Source of the DNA: Saccostrea cucullata
Taxonomy: Eukaryota
Assembly (NCBI RefSeq): GCF_032062105.1
Contig: NW_026929981.1
Coordinates: forward strand, 682,001 to 746,000
Reading direction: 5' to 3'
DNA length: 64,000 nt
Both the position numbers and the translations under genes were made by a program. The notes below the pieces were generated by a model that saw only the letters and a program-made list of their open reading frames with translations, had not been told where the DNA came from and did not search any database. Below are positions 1 through 13,325 of the stretch, in pieces (positions within the stretch are counted from its first letter, which is position 1; every line of letters starts with the position of its first letter).

Positions 1-80
1 ACTGTAGCTGCTGCCACTTTAATTTTATCTTTTGAACCGTCTGTGTAAATATCGACTGAAGAATTCTTAGAAAGTTTTGA

Positions 81-840
81 GGGGGCCGACTATAGTTTCC
101 ATTGCGCAATATTTCGCGCATCATAGAAAAATGAAGCGTATAAAATTTACGGTTTTAATTCAACTTTTTTCGCTTAATTATTAAAATTAAACAAAATTAA
201 GAAAATATAGGCATAAAAATGTAATTACAATTTGATATAAGTGATATTTTAACCGATTTTGCAATTGATAGGTAAGTTGACGTCGTTGCAGTGTGTTTTG
301 ACATTAAATGATAATCTGTAGCTCTGAAAGAAAGGGGTATTAAAAATATTATTAAAGAAAAAGCAATAAACATACGCTCTTGAAATTTAAAACATTGAAA
401 TTCGAGAATATCTCCAATATTTTTATTATGTTTTCATGTGAATTCATTGTGTGCGTCATATTTGGTAATATTCTATAAAAATAATAAAATTTGCTAATTT
501 TTTGCATTTTGAGATTCCCCCTCTGGTAACAAGACGGTAGAATTTTGTGTTTCTAACATATATTGTATAATATAATATTACTCATCAAATATTATAGTTT
601 GAACAAAATGTCTATTGTAGTTTTTGTATGATTTGCTTTAAAGTGCTAAAAATTGGCATTTTCCTATATAATCCTATAGTAAATGTACCTGTATTTTGAG
701 ACTGTCCCTCAAAAATTCCTGGACGGTAGATTTCCCCCAAACTTTGCATGTACACTGAAGTTAATGTACGTTATATATGGTATAAAAATGAAGAGTTTCG
801 CTATTGTAGTTTTTACACAATAAAACTATAGTCGGCCCCC
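81..840 (+). mobile_element. Non-autonomous TIR element (Kolobok-like MITE), copy 1
   Basis: TIRs GGGGGCCGACTATAGTTT...AAACTATAGTCGGCCCCC; TTAA on the right and TTGA on the left. GG termini with a TTAA target fit Kolobok. Inverted copy at 10793-11542. Confidence 0.75.
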
Positions 841-1004
841 TTAATTCGATCAATTTCTGTTTAAAAACAAGTCATTTTAGAGGATTTGTCTCCGATTTCT
901 AAAATGAAACTCATGCTATTAAATAAAATTAAGATTATATTGATTTTTGCGGAATATTTTAACCGTATTTCCTATGGACGTGCTAAACCTAACTGTGTCA
1001 CCAC

Positions 1005-1185
1005 TTGCCGATGGAGAGCTGCAAATTTTGACATTCTCGGCACTTTGGTCCATTGAGCGGTTGTGGGGTATCTTTTTCCCGCCAGTACCTACTGCAACAC
1101 AGGACCTTGGTTAATAAGTTCTCATCCGAAGGACCGGTTTCAAAGGGGAGACGCTCTTACTACTTCGTCATGCGGTTGACGCATA
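1005..1185 (-). mobile_element. Degenerate V-domain SINE fragment
   Basis: Reverse complement resembles the SINEs at 28513 and 29462 (CCGGTCCTTCGGATGAGA...CCAAGGTCCTGTGTTGCAGTAGGT). Confidence 0.6.
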
Positions 1186-1968
1186 GCAGCGCAGTAAGTT
1201 TGCCAAGTCTCGTCACGTGACTCGAACGATAACGTGAAAACTTGCTTCCGGGCATTTGCCAAGAATGGCTTTATCAATACAGGGATTGAAATTAACTTTT
1301 TACCACTAGCAAATTTTTATCAGTGGATTTTTTTTACTATATATATTGAACTTTAACTAGCATTTTTCTTTATCACAGTAATTAGTTAACTGCAAGATAT
1401 TGAATTCCAAAAAGTAGATTGTGAAATAAGGAAAGTTTAGAATATTTTATCTGCTTTAAAATGTGACGATTTTCAATGAAAATTTAACGAGAAGAGTCCG
1501 CTTAGTTAAAAATATCGTTAAAATGTAACAATTTAGGATTGGCTCCTCTCAAAAATTTATTAGGCTAGTTCAGCAATTGTTTAACAAGGTATTCCACCAG
1601 GATTTTTTACTTATCTGTCCTTATAAATTCTACATTGATCGATCTTGCATTGTATTCAATAGCACTTTGCCCCCACCCAACAGACGTTTCCTACCTCCAT
1701 CGCGAAAGAGTTCCGCTAAGTTAAGTAATCGCGATATCAAGTATTTTTATATTAAAACTAATTTTCTGCAGTAAATATACATATAATGTTTTACGTCAAT
1801 TTATAAAGTCTATTAATAAGAATAAAAAATCTCCTTTAATGATTTTTAATTATTTCAAATTGATAGCAATAGCATTATGTTATATTAAGTCCGATTCAGG
1901 TATCACTAGTGAGGACCATATGGAACCAAAGGACAAGTTCACTTAAGCAATAGAAAATGCACCCTTTT

Positions 1969-2975
1969 TCAGTGCCTGAGTAAAATCAAGTGACGTATTG
2001 CTATCTGTTTTCGTCCGTCGTCGTGTGTTAACATTTGAAATTTTTTAGCTTCTTTTCTGCAACAGCCCAATAAATTTTGGCATAACGCATCTATATATTG
2101 GCTAAGAGGACCAAATTTTGCATTTCATGGTCCCTGCCCCCCCCCCCCCCCGGGGGGGGGCTTAGGGGTGGGGGTCAAAACCACTAAAATTAATTCAATC
2201 TTTAAAAATATTCTTCTTTACTCCTGGACATCAATTTGTCAAACTGTAGAGATGATTGTAATCAGCATAAAGTCCTCTGCCAAAAGTGTGAAATTCAGGG
2301 CCACATGCTCTGGGTTTCTAGTGCTAGGGCGGGGCTAAATAGATTATATAGTGAAAATGCATTTATAGGTCACCTGAGTAAACTCGGATGACCTATTGCT
2401 ATCCGTTTTCGTCCATCGTCGTGCGTTGTGCGTTAACTTTTGAACATTTTCAGCTTCTTCTCTGCAACCACTCAACCAATTTCAATCAAATTTGGCACAA
2501 AGCATCTATGTGTGAAGGGGAACAAAAATTGTGAATTTCAGGGTCCCTGCCCCCCTGGGGCCTTAGGGGTTGGGCCAACACCACTTAAATTAATGCGATC
2601 TTAAAAATCTTGAAAATCTTCTCTGCTCCTTGGTATAAAATAAACTAACCAAGTACAAAATTATGTTGAATAAGAATGTCTCTTCCAAAATTATGAATTT
2701 CATGCCACTGGGTAAGGGGTTCTGGTGTTAGAATGTGACTCTATTGATTATATAGTGAAAATACATTAATTCTTTAAAAAATCTTCTCCTCAACTCCTGG
2801 GCATTAAATAAACTAACCAAATACATCGTTATGTTGAATAAGACTGCCTCTTCACAATTTGTAAATTTCAGGGCCCCTGGATCAGGGGTTCTGGAGTTAG
2901 GGTAGCGCTCTAATGATTATATTATAGTGAAATGCATGAATCCTTTGAACATCTTTTCCTTTGGTCCTGGTTAAT
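1969..2975 (+). mobile_element. Helentron/Helitron-type non-autonomous elements: two nested 5' parts with degenerate internal repeats
   Basis: Two starts (T)CACCTGAGTAAA.TC.G.TGACCTATTGCTAT.CGTTTTCGTCC at about 1970 and 2366, followed by degenerate repeats (GTGAATTTCA.GGCCCC...GATTATATAGTGAAAAT). Confidence 0.6.
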
Positions 2976-3430
2976 ATTCCAATGATCTGATTACATATTT
3001 AAGGCCAGCATTTTTTGTATTTTTAGTTTTACAAACCCGCCGCTGAAGTTTTTGATTTTTCATAAAATATTAAAACAGAATTTTTTGTCAAATTTGAGTC
3101 GGGTTGACATGCTGGTGAGATAATTATGCATTTCGTATTCAAAAGTATCTGTAAATTATTTTCCTCCCACAGGTTTAAAACTGCCCGTGGTAGCTATTGC
3201 TAGCGACATTATTTAGGTTTCTGTTATAGCTTCCAGTAAGCATCATTCTTTCAGAAAAGGGTCGCTTATGCATCAGGATGTCAATTTTGCTCGGACAGCT
3301 TAGTCGAATAGTCGGATGCTTAAGTCGAACAATAGTCGAATATTCGTTTAATTTTAATTATTTTTTCATATCATTTTCATTGTTTGTCTTTACGGACTAG
3401 TATACAATATTTAATCGACGCTATCACCAT

Positions 3431-5435
3431 TGTCACAGATGAAAATGTACCATGGACATTTTGACAATTACTTTAGATATTTTCAATTCAAAATTCTACA
3501 TATCTGTTATTTAATTTAATAAGTTGTCATAATTACTCCAGTCTGTCAAGTTTATCTATTTAGAAACATTTAATTATCTTAATTAGCCATGAGTGATATG
3601 ACCAGATGGACTGTGCTTTGTGTGACTTAATTATTGTTTATTTAAAATCATAATCTTTACCTCTTCTTGTAAATCAAATTAACTCATGTCATATGTTACT
3701 CAAACTTCTCAATTATCAACATGTCTATAAATACAAACTTTTGTTAACATTCGGAGAGTTGGAATCGGGACGCGCTTGTCCCTGATACTGTCCGACCCGA
3801 CGAGAATAAAGGTCTGCAAATCGTAAAGCGGCTCTTCATCTTCATTTACATCTGTAACATTTACCAATAGTCCACCCTAGTGGCTTTACTGACAAGCACA
3901 CGCAGCTAACGCGAGGGTGTGATAAGTGGTGCAGATAACCGGGTACGACCCCCTCTCACAGCCAAGCGAGTTCTACCATTTGATTCCCTACCCTAAACGA
4001 GAATTCCCCAAATTCAGAAAAACATCTTAAACTTCGTACACGCCGCTATGAATCGCAGCCTTGGACCACAACGGAGACCTATGGATTACTCCTTTCGGCG
4101 TCAATTTCCAGTTTGTGGCCGATGCGGAATTGACCATGGACCCAGTTGCCGTGCTCAGATGGAGAAGTGTTACAGATGTAAGCGTCATGGTCACTATGCT
4201 AGAATGTGCAGGACTGTCCTCTCTTCCCCTGTGAGGATGACCATGATGGCAAATACTAGTGTACCAATCCAAGAGCAACGTTCCGGTAGACGAAAGTCCA
4301 GAGACAAAATTCGTATGGATAAATACCTACAAAGCAAATCTCATCTCCGCGAACTGCCTTTCTATAATCTAAGGAATACAGCGTTCAAGGACACCCTCAA
4401 CATCCATCATGGACTTAAAACGGAAAATCAACAGTTACGTTTCAAAGTGAAAGAAATGGAAATAATGTATGCTGAAGCAGTAAATGTGATTATTAACCTG
4501 GAAGAAAAATTAAATAAACTTTCAACGATACAGCCATCTGAATCTCACTCATCTATCTGCAATACCGCCGAAGATAAATTCATCATTTCACACTTGCAAC
4601 AAGAAGTTCAGACTCTACGGCTTGAAAAGTCATCTCACAAACAGCTAGTAGATTCAATTAGTGCTAACGTCCAAGAAGAATGGAGAGAAAACAAAGCAAG
4701 ACTTCAAGAAAGGGACAACACCATTCTGACCCTGAAAACCGAAAACATTCAACTCTTGAACAACCAGGAATTGAATTTACAACGAATTCGTGAACTTGAA
4801 AATGAGGCCTATAATCGTTCCATCAAAACCCTAAATTACGGACAAAACCGGCAAAATATTCATTTCGGACATCAAATTTATTCAAGTGAACAAACCTCTC
4901 GTGTACATGTACCTATTCAAAACACGAGGCCGTGTTTTACTGGGGCAAGGGGGTATTGTCACAGATGAAAATGTACCATGGACATTTTGACAATTACTTT
5001 AGATATTTTCAATTCAAAATTCTACATATCTGTTATTTAATTTAATAAGTTGTCATAATTACTCCAGTCTGTCAAGTTTATCTATTTAGAAACATTTAAT
5101 TATCTTAATTAGCCATGAGTGATATGACCAGATGGACTGTGCTTTGTGTGACTTAATTATTGTTTATTTAAAATCATAATCTTTACCTCTTCTTGTAAAT
5201 CAAATTAACTCATGTCATATGTTACTCAAACTTCTCAATTATCAACATGTCTATAAATACAAACTTTTGTTAACATTCGGAGAGTTGGAATCGGGACGCG
5301 CTTGTCCCTGATACTGTCCGACCCGACGAGAAATAAAGGTCTGCAAATCGTAAAGCGGCTTCATCTTCATTTACTAAATAATCTACCCTAGTGGCTTCAC
5401 TGACAAGCACACGCATCTAACGCGAGGGTGTGATA
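3431..5435 (+). mobile_element. Small (2005 bp) pol-less LTR retroelement
   Basis: Near-identical LTRs 3431-3924 and 4957-5435 (TGTCACA...TGTGATA); 4-bp TSD CCAT; PBS-like TGGTGCAGA at 3927; PPT GGGGCAAGGGGG at 4942-4953. Confidence 0.92.
4048..4968 (+). CDS. 306-aa protein: two N-terminal zinc-knuckle motifs plus a predicted coiled coil (sole ORF of the small LTR element)
   Basis: CGRCGIDHGPSC and CYRCKRHGHYARMC (CX2CX4HX4C) resemble the tandem knuckles of Mag/Steamer-type Gag. The C-terminal half is heptad-like and rich in L/E/K/Q. The ORF is uninterrupted and its stop lies inside the 3' LTR. Confidence 0.8.
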   Translation: MNRSLGPQRRPMDYSFRRQFPVCGRCGIDHGPSCRAQMEKCYRCKRHGHYARMCRTVLSSPVRMTMMANTSVPIQEQRSGRRKSRDKIRMDKYLQSKSHLRELPFYNLRNTAFKDTLNIHHGLKTENQQLRFKVKEMEIMYAEAVNVIINLEEKLNKLSTIQPSESHSSICNTAEDKFIISHLQQEVQTLRLEKSSHKQLVDSISANVQEEWRENKARLQERDNTILTLKTENIQLLNNQELNLQRIRELENEAYNRSIKTLNYGQNRQNIHFGHQIYSSEQTSRVHVPIQNTRPCFTGARGYCHR

Positions 5436-7149
5436 CCATTATACAACGAATACGTACGTTTTACAATTATAAAAACTGTTCATCAATATGTATCCAATGT
5501 ATTTAATTTCAAAATTAATATATTAGCTGCACATTTTATCTAAATGCAGGATATCAAACGCTCGTATTTGTCCTTTCTTTACATAACGGTAGTACATGTA
5601 CCCCATAATTGAAGCCAATTTCTACGTGTCCGTCAATGATCTTTGACAGGTAAACAAATAAAGCGTGTCTCTTATAAAAACAACTTAAAGAGAGAGAGAG
5701 CTTGGGATAAATTTTAATTATGAAATTTTGTGCAAACAATCAATGATGGTATGAAATTAATATCAGAAAAAGAAAACACGGTTTAATTACTCTCATAACT
5801 GGTCCCAATTTACATATATTTACAATTTTGTAATAGCCGTTTAATTAATATTCTTTCTGAATAGTTGTATCAAGTCAGATCTTAGTTTGAATTAATGCCC
5901 TCTCCATTAAAAAACAGTAAGAGGTAGACAATCATTAATAATTAAGAACATGTTTGATTTGATTTTCTTTCCCAGTCTGCTTTTTTTTTGTAATTTTTGC
6001 GGAGAACTTTACTGTAGGAAAGTTTCACTCGAAGACTGTGTATATGTTTGACTGATTCTGCATATGATACATCATGTTTGATGTTACACTGCAGAATACT
6101 TGCCAAGTTCTGTTTCACATAACGTTGATAACATTGTTTACCTTTTTTTAAGCTATACCAAAACTATAGATTTCGAAGACATGTTTGCCGAACATACATC
6201 GACGTACAAATAATTTCCTTTGACCAGTTGCTTTGAACATATTTTATTGACAATATGTCAAAGGGATTGGACACAAGTTCCAAAAACTTAGATAGTCCTC
6301 TCCCGTACATAAAATCTGAATAGCCATACAACATTTACAATGATATATACATGTAAATAGAAGAACAAAAACAATTGTTTGACCAGTTATATCATACCCT
6401 TAATTTTACATATGAAAATATTGATCTGTAAATAAATGAAATGGGCAAATATAAGTTTATTGCGTTGAATTCAAAATTACTTTGTTACTTTGATGAAACA
6501 CATTTTTAACAAATAACCGACTATAGAAATTTAAGTCGATAGTCGGTATGATCGAACGATAGTCGAGTACTCAAATATTTGTTGACATCCCTAAATTTAT
6601 AAAACTATGGAAAAAGTTGAGTCCATTTGAGGAAGAAATAAACAATAGCCAGAAAACTTTAAAAATTCAACTATTAAAAAGCAAGTATTTACAAATATAT
6701 ACAGGCATGTAGTATCGTTTGTTGCAGTCAAAAAAATGATTTTACACTTAATTGAAAAAAAGTTCACCCTACTTCCCAAAACTCGCTGTCTTATGATACG
6801 AATTATAATTTTAGGTATCAAGTATATTTGTAGAACAATGTCTACATATTCACTTAACATATACAGTTGTATTTAAATAATGAAGATATATTAAAATAGT
6901 TTTAAAGAATTGGATTTTTAAAAATATTTTTTGATCAACATCACATAATTTATATCACTGGCCCAAACTGGCAGATGATGAAATAAACAATTAAATGTTC
7001 TACTTTCCTCTTTGTAACCATTATTTGTTCAGTGGCAAGGAGTCTGTTAGGATAGCATAAAAAAAGCAAAAATGAATGTACAAATGTCGATAATTTACCC
7101 CCCCCCCATTTTTTTAATTTCCTCCTCCTATGGAACTTTTTCATTCTGA

Positions 7150-7900
7150 TGTTCGTAACTAAACATGAAAAAATGCTTGCCTTATTATGAAGAAAGGTGC
7201 CTCTTTCAAAATGGATAATTTCAAGACCCTTGGGTCAGGGGTACCGGGGGTGGGGGTGGGTGTACTTTGTCTAAAAATGTATGTAATGCTAATGCTTTGA
7301 AATCTGCTCTTTGATAAGCAATGGTGCCTCTTTCAAAATTGTGAATTTCATGGCTTTGGGATTAAAACACAAAACAAATTCAATTGCTGGAAAGTTGTTA
7401 CATGATACTCAGGTGACCTATAAGGCCCGTGGGCCTCTTGTGTTTGAAAATCTTGTCTGCTCCTGAGTATTAAACAATCTAAGTAGGTACATAGTTGTTA
7501 CATGTATGAGCAAGAATCTCTTCCAAAAGTGTGAATTTCATTGCCTTAGGATTAGGGACAGGGGTTCTGTTAATTTTATAGTGAAATACATTATTTCTTT
7601 GAAAATATTCTCTGCTCCTGGTTATTAAGCAAAAGAACTATTTAAATAGTTATGTTGAAGATGGATACCTCTCCCAAATAAAATGTTAATTTTATGGCCT
7701 CTGGGGTCAGGTGTTCTGGTGTTAGGGTGGGGCTCTATTGATTATATAGTGAAAATACATTAATTTTTTGAAAATCTTCTCTGCTCCTGGGTATTAAACA
7801 AAATAACTGGGTATATAGTTGTAAAGAGTAACAATGTCTCTTCCAAAATTGTAAATGTACATGCCCTAGGGTGAGGGATTCTGGTGTTAGGGCGTGGGTG
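7150..7900 (+). mobile_element. 3' parts of the Helentron-type elements starting at 1969/2366
   Basis: Same internal repeats; terminal ACTCAGGTGACC subTIR plus AGGCCCGTGGGCCT hairpin at 7407-7441. Confidence 0.6.
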
Positions 7901-8317
7901 TTGCTAAAACGCAGAACGGAATGGAAACGGAATTATATATTTTTTTTAGATTAAATCAATTAAAATACAAAAATTTAATCATAAACGGTATCTCTTATAC
8001 GTATTCAATCTCACATTATTAAATACACGTTGATTTAGTCATGTTGGTCCCTATTTTTGTCTTTACAGATATATGTACTAGTCTTGTATGTGCATATTAG
8101 TAGTCTTTTTCCTTCTGACTATTTCAAAACTATATCTTATTATATGAATGAGCTTTCTTTTATATAAAAAAAAAGAATTTGTACGAAACGTTCAGATGGA
8201 TACTTGGGATTTGAGTATATTTATAGTATGTACTTCATAGACCATCGCATGTACATGTGCCAGTTCTGAGGGTGTGTATGATTCATGAATATCTCATCAA
8301 GTAGGCCTATGCGATAT

Positions 8318-9450
8318 TTTGTCGTCCCCCGCTTGAAAAGTGGGGGATACTAATTTGGGTTTGTCCGTCCGTCTGTCCGTCCGTCCAACCGTCTTACTGT
8401 CTGTCTGTAACGCTTTCGTTTCCACTTTTGCAATGAAACTTAGCATAGCAACTCCCTATGGACTAAAGAAGAACTCTATTGATTTTGAGATCAAAAGGTC
8501 AAAGGTCAAGGTCATAAATAAGCAAATTCTGTCTGTTATAACACTTTCGTTTCCACACGATGTCTCTAGAACCATTTGAGCTATTGCAATGAAATTTTAC
8601 ATAACAACTCCCTGTGGCCTAATGAAGATCCCTATTGATTTTGAGGTCAAAAGGTCAAAGTTCAAGGTCGTAAATGTATACATTCTGTCTTTGTGTAACA
8701 CCATCATTTCCGGGCGATATATATCTCAAGAAGATTTTGAGCTTATGCAATGTAATTTTATACCAAAACTCCATAGGACATCTCTCATCCCTCTCAAAGT
8801 GCCCTGCCCCGCGTTTGTTTTATCAGTATTTATAGTATTACATGTCGCTATTTTTAGCACAAGGGCATGAGGAGAGTTATTGCGTATAAAACAGGTTCTC
8901 GGCGGACTTTATGTTCTTATTACATCTATTAGAACTGTTCAATAAAGGCTAAATAAATCAAACACCATGGATTGTGTAAAATTTTGACAATACCGAACAT
9001 GAATATATACATGTATGTGACTTCACTTCTGCATATACTTAACTTCATGTAAAGCGATTCCGTGGTATAGTAGTATGTTTCTCGCTTCCCATGTGTGAGG
9101 TTCAGAGTTCAAGTCCCGGACGGTCCACTTTTGTTTTTAGAAATACTTTTTTTTTACTAAATAATAGTATTCAGCACGCGAAATGAAAAATTTACGAGGT
9201 CTGGCTTGTACAAACTTATAAAATCATCATTACAGTGTGATAAATATTCCATGTAAAAAGAATCTTCTATACACATAATAAAGAATAAGCAATTAAATCT
9301 TTATATCCATAATGGTATATTTTATTTGCTTCAGTATACATGCAGGTAAACATTTAGTAATTCTACAAATTCACTGAGGGGGATCCGAATCTGCGCATGT
9401 TTTACTTTTTCCTTAAGCGGGGGACACAAATTCTCTGAATTAGCTTCTTT
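8318..9450 (+). mobile_element. Helentron-type non-autonomous element, copy 1, containing a tRNA-like segment
   Basis: 5' GTCCCCCGCTT hairpin, (GTCC)n tract, AAGGTCA repeats, 3' AAGCGGGGGAC subTIR plus hairpin. Inverted copy at 19770-20895. Confidence 0.75.
9058..9127 (+). other. tRNA-like (pol III box A/B) segment inside the Helentron; not a functional tRNA gene
   Basis: TCCGTGGTATAGTAGT...GTTCAAGTCCCGGA followed by a T-run; the homologous segment is at about 20059-20130 (minus). Confidence 0.55.
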
Positions 9451-10792
9451 TATTAGAAATGTTTTTATATCAAAAATATACCTTTTATATCTGATTAGAA
9501 TCGAATCTGGGCTATTTGTTTGAAAAAAAGCCTTTTCCGTTCGGTGTTTTAGCAATCGTCAATCCTCGGCTGACACTGCTACGCTCCATTCAAACCATCG
9601 GATGTGATAAGTGAAGAAATACACATCAAGTCGATGCATTTCACCGCCGGAAACTGCCTTGTCACTCATTTCATATTTCGCTCTGGCAAAAGTTGTACGA
9701 AACGGTTTCTTTATTTGTGCAATTCCTCATATTAATTACAACCTTTTGTTAGTAGTCTTTGAAAGCAAGAGCACATTGTTTGGCGTGCCACAAAGTAACT
9801 GGGATTTCAAAACTATAGCATTTAAATAAAATTCAAATAAGATCACATGTCTTAATCAGCAAGATGGTAGATCATCTCTGACGTCCGAGGTTAGTGTGCG
9901 AGGTACGAGCCACCCGAGGAGCTCCGAGTGACACTTCTAGGTGATGCTCTATTGATTACATAGTGAAAATGCATAAATTCTTTTAAAATTCTTCTTTTCT
10001 GCTCCTGGGTAAGAGTTACAGTCTTACTCTACCAATTCATATATTCTCCTAAGAAAAAAGAAAAGATATTTTGTCCAACGCGCAAACTTTTACTAATCTC
10101 ATACATAACCGGAGTATATTTCCCCTTCAAATTATTCTTTTAGAAAAAAAATGAAATTGGAAAATTGCGTGTGCCGCGCGATTTTTTTCTGGACAGTTTA
10201 GTCGATTGATTCCCCACAGTCAATAAAATTATTAGGAATAATTTTGTTTGTCAAAGGTGATTCGTGTCTTTTAATTCCAATATAGTAATACTATAATACA
10301 GAGGCAACATGCGCACAGCATTCAACCAACCGCGCACCCGATCTTCACCGACAATACCAGTATTTTATTTGCTCCTCTGTATCTGCAGAATTGCACTGTA
10401 TCTAGAGATAATAAAACTTAGAGGAGACATGCCTCGACTGGAATTTGGCTTGCCAAATATTTGAATTATTTTTTCAATAAATATATCATATCCACCATCA
10501 TCACTTGCATGCTCAGAGGAGTATGAAAGGGCCTGCTTTAACTGATTTTCCGATTTTGAACTTTTATCTAACTGACCCCTATTATTACACTTTTACAAAA
10601 TGTACAGTCGTTTTAGCCCACCCGTCGCCCAAGCAGTGCATAGAGATTCCCCCTAAAAGTTCCATTCCCCCCTCACCCTTCAAGAGCCTACGCCGCTTAA
10701 GAGGCACATGTTTTTCACAAACGATGCAACAATCACGTTTCGGCATGGTGTTTTTCCCGTGGAAAATTCAAGATAATACATGTAACTATTAA

Positions 10793-11542
10793 GGGGGCCG
10801 ACTATAGTTTTATTGTGTGAAAACTACAATAGCGAAACTCTTCATTTTTATACCATATATATCTTACATTAACTTCAGTGTACACGCAAAGTTTGGGGGA
10901 AATCTACCGTCCAGGTATTTTTGAGGGACCGTCTCAAAATACAGGTACATTTACTATAGGATTATATAGGAAAATGCCAATTTTTAGCACTTTAAAGCAA
11001 ATTATACAAATACCACAACAGACATTATGTTCAACCTATATTATTTGATGAGTAATATTACATTATACAGTATATTTAAGAAACACAAAATTCTACCGTC
11101 TTTTTACCAGAGGGGGCATCTCAAAATGCAAAAAATTAGTAAATTTTACTATTTTTATAAATTATTACAAAATATGACGTACACAATGGTTTCACATGAA
11201 AACATAATAAAAATATTCAAGATATTCTCGAATTTCAATGTTTTAAACTTCAAGAGCGTATGTTTATTACTTTTTCTTTTAATAATATTTTATTACCCCT
11301 TTCTTTAAGAGCAACAGATTATAATAACGTCAAAAACACACTGCAACGACATCAACCTACCTATCAATTGCACAATCGGTTTAAAAATCAGTTATATAAA
11401 ATTCTAATTACATTTACATTTTTATGCCTATAATTCCTTAATTTTGTTTAATTTTATTAATTAAGCGAAAAAATACAGTAAATACGCGTCATTTTACTAT
11501 GATGCGCGAAATATTGCGCCATGGAAACTATAGTCGGTCCCC
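10793..11542 (-). mobile_element. Kolobok-like MITE, copy 2 (inverted)
   Basis: Same TIRs as 81-840, TTAA on both sides (10789-92, 11543-46), and the body is the reverse complement of copy 1. Confidence 0.85.
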
Positions 11543-12349
11543 TTAAATGTGATGGTATTCTACGACAATAAATCTAATAAACATAAAAAAGACCACACAA
11601 CGTCGATGGCGAACGATTTGAACGTGTCAGTGATTTACAGTGAGCACAACTGACAAACGTTTACATGGATAGAACCCATGTGACTATTTAAATAAATTTT
11701 TGCACAGGTGAGTTTTACATGTACGTGGGTCACGCCAATAATAGCTCTCGCTTGCTACAGGAAAAACATTGACATTTTCAAACATCCTTCCTTTTTTTAA
11801 GTACCATATCATCGAGTACAAATTTCTAATTTTCACAGACGTTTTCTAAACGTATAATGCGTCTTCTATCTTTTCCACAAGTTTTGTAAGATTAGGCTGA
11901 CAGTATACAAAGGCTTTGAAATAAATACCTGTCCCCTATTTATTATAGAAAATCACGAATATCGGCTGACGCCTCCTACATTGTAAAGCTTCCTAATTTT
12001 AATATTCATGAATTTCAAAGCCAAAAGTTGTAGATTCTTATGGTTAAGATAACTATCAATGATGTGAGATTAAAAATTATGCTTAAGGTACATTGATACT
12101 CTGATAAGAGGGATAACTCTTAATGACATAAATGTCTATTTTTCCTTTATAATTTTTTCAGGTTGAAGTGTCTGTTTTGCCCAATTTTGCCCCGCAAGCT
12201 ATGTTATAATTGTTTGAATTTTACTTATAAAATACATTTCTTTTAGAAAATCATGAAGGTTCAAGCAACATTTTATATGAGTGAGCAGAGGGTTCAGGAA
12301 CCTTAATTTGAAACTTCATTTTTTCACATTTTACCGGGGCCCATAAGTG

Positions 12350-12710
12350 CACTTGTTCTTTGTTCTCCGAACTCGCTGTCCAGAGATCCACCGTCTATTT
12401 ACTACACCTCGTGGTTTGAAGGTGAACAACCCAGTCATTTCAATTCTCATCAAAGTGTTGTCTCATTTGACAAACAGCATCTCCAATTGCTTTTTATGCG
12501 TTTCAAAGTTGAAAATCCTCGCTTAAATGTTGCATTGGACAGGGGGGGATAATAATACTTGGTTTATAACTCTCCCAATATTGTGTAATGTGACACTGTT
12601 CGTCCTCCTTCCAGATTCTCTAATAAACGGATAGTGGGTGACAGGCTTTAAAATGGTCATTTCTGCCAATATTCACTTTCAGATCCCCCAGTTGTTGTAG
12701 AATGATATGA
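12350..12710 (-). pseudogene. hAT transposase C-terminal (dimerisation-region) remnant
   Basis: Minus strand reads SNATFKRGFSTLKRIKSNWRCCLSNE..LMRIEM across frameshifts, matching the ERGFS..KRIK..WR..L motif of ZNF862-like hAT proteins. Confidence 0.6.
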
Positions 12711-13325
12711 TATCAAAATTTTATCCAGGAAGGGGTTTATGGTTACGTCTCTATACAAGTGAAAAATTCTCGAATAGGACGTAAAACAATAAGGAATCAT
12801 TCTATCTAATTACTGCGCAACGCGGGTGGCAGTAGTTCGAAGAGAGAGATTAATACATGTAAAATACCATAAAGTCTGCACTTTCTTGCCACACTCTGTA
12901 GTAGGTTATATATTTATGCCTTGCTGTCGTACCATTAACTTTTTCTTTACAGGCGTGGATATTAGTCTAATTATATATAGTGCATTAAATTTTCCATTGT
13001 TGGGAATACAAACAAAATTTAAAAAAAAAAGCAATAAATTGAGTCAAATCAAACATTTCGAAAAATTCACTAATTGGTATTGAATAGAATATACACAAGA
13101 AATGGTCAATCAACTTCCCGTTAACTCGTGTACTCTTTAAAGTGTTTACTTCACAACTCTGGGGCTTCATTGGGAAGATTTGGTTGGCTCTTGCAAATTT
13201 GGGTCAAATTTCCGGTGATGAAGACCACCTGAGTTACACTTCGGGATATCTTCTCTGTTCTGTAAGTATCTCACTTTGTTTAGAGATGTTTTGAGGGACA
13301 GTTGAGAAAGTTCACCGACTCTCAA

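Larger units (their letters stand above)
3272..6592. mobile_element. Possible hAT-like non-autonomous element hosting the small LTR element
   Basis: Left AGGATGTCAA followed by TAGTCG repeats; right TAGTCG repeats followed by TTGACATCCCTA. The left TIR is degraded and no TSD was confirmed. Confidence 0.35.

Noticed and set aside
6050-6340. Possible coding remnant on the minus strand (YGYSDFMYGRGLSKFLELVSNPF...)
   Set aside because: No recognisable family, splice structure or second copy.
8340-8870. ORFs 8340-8579, 8589-8870 and mirrors at 20325-21349 as genes
   Set aside because: They are translations of Helentron internal repeats with no domain signal.
9058-9127. Functional tRNA gene
   Set aside because: Stems and anticodon region differ between the two copies and pair poorly; it is embedded in a TE.
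13205-13320. Hammerhead ribozyme (GTGATGAAGACC...GAAA)
   Set aside because: The core is not CUGANGA and no supporting stems were found.
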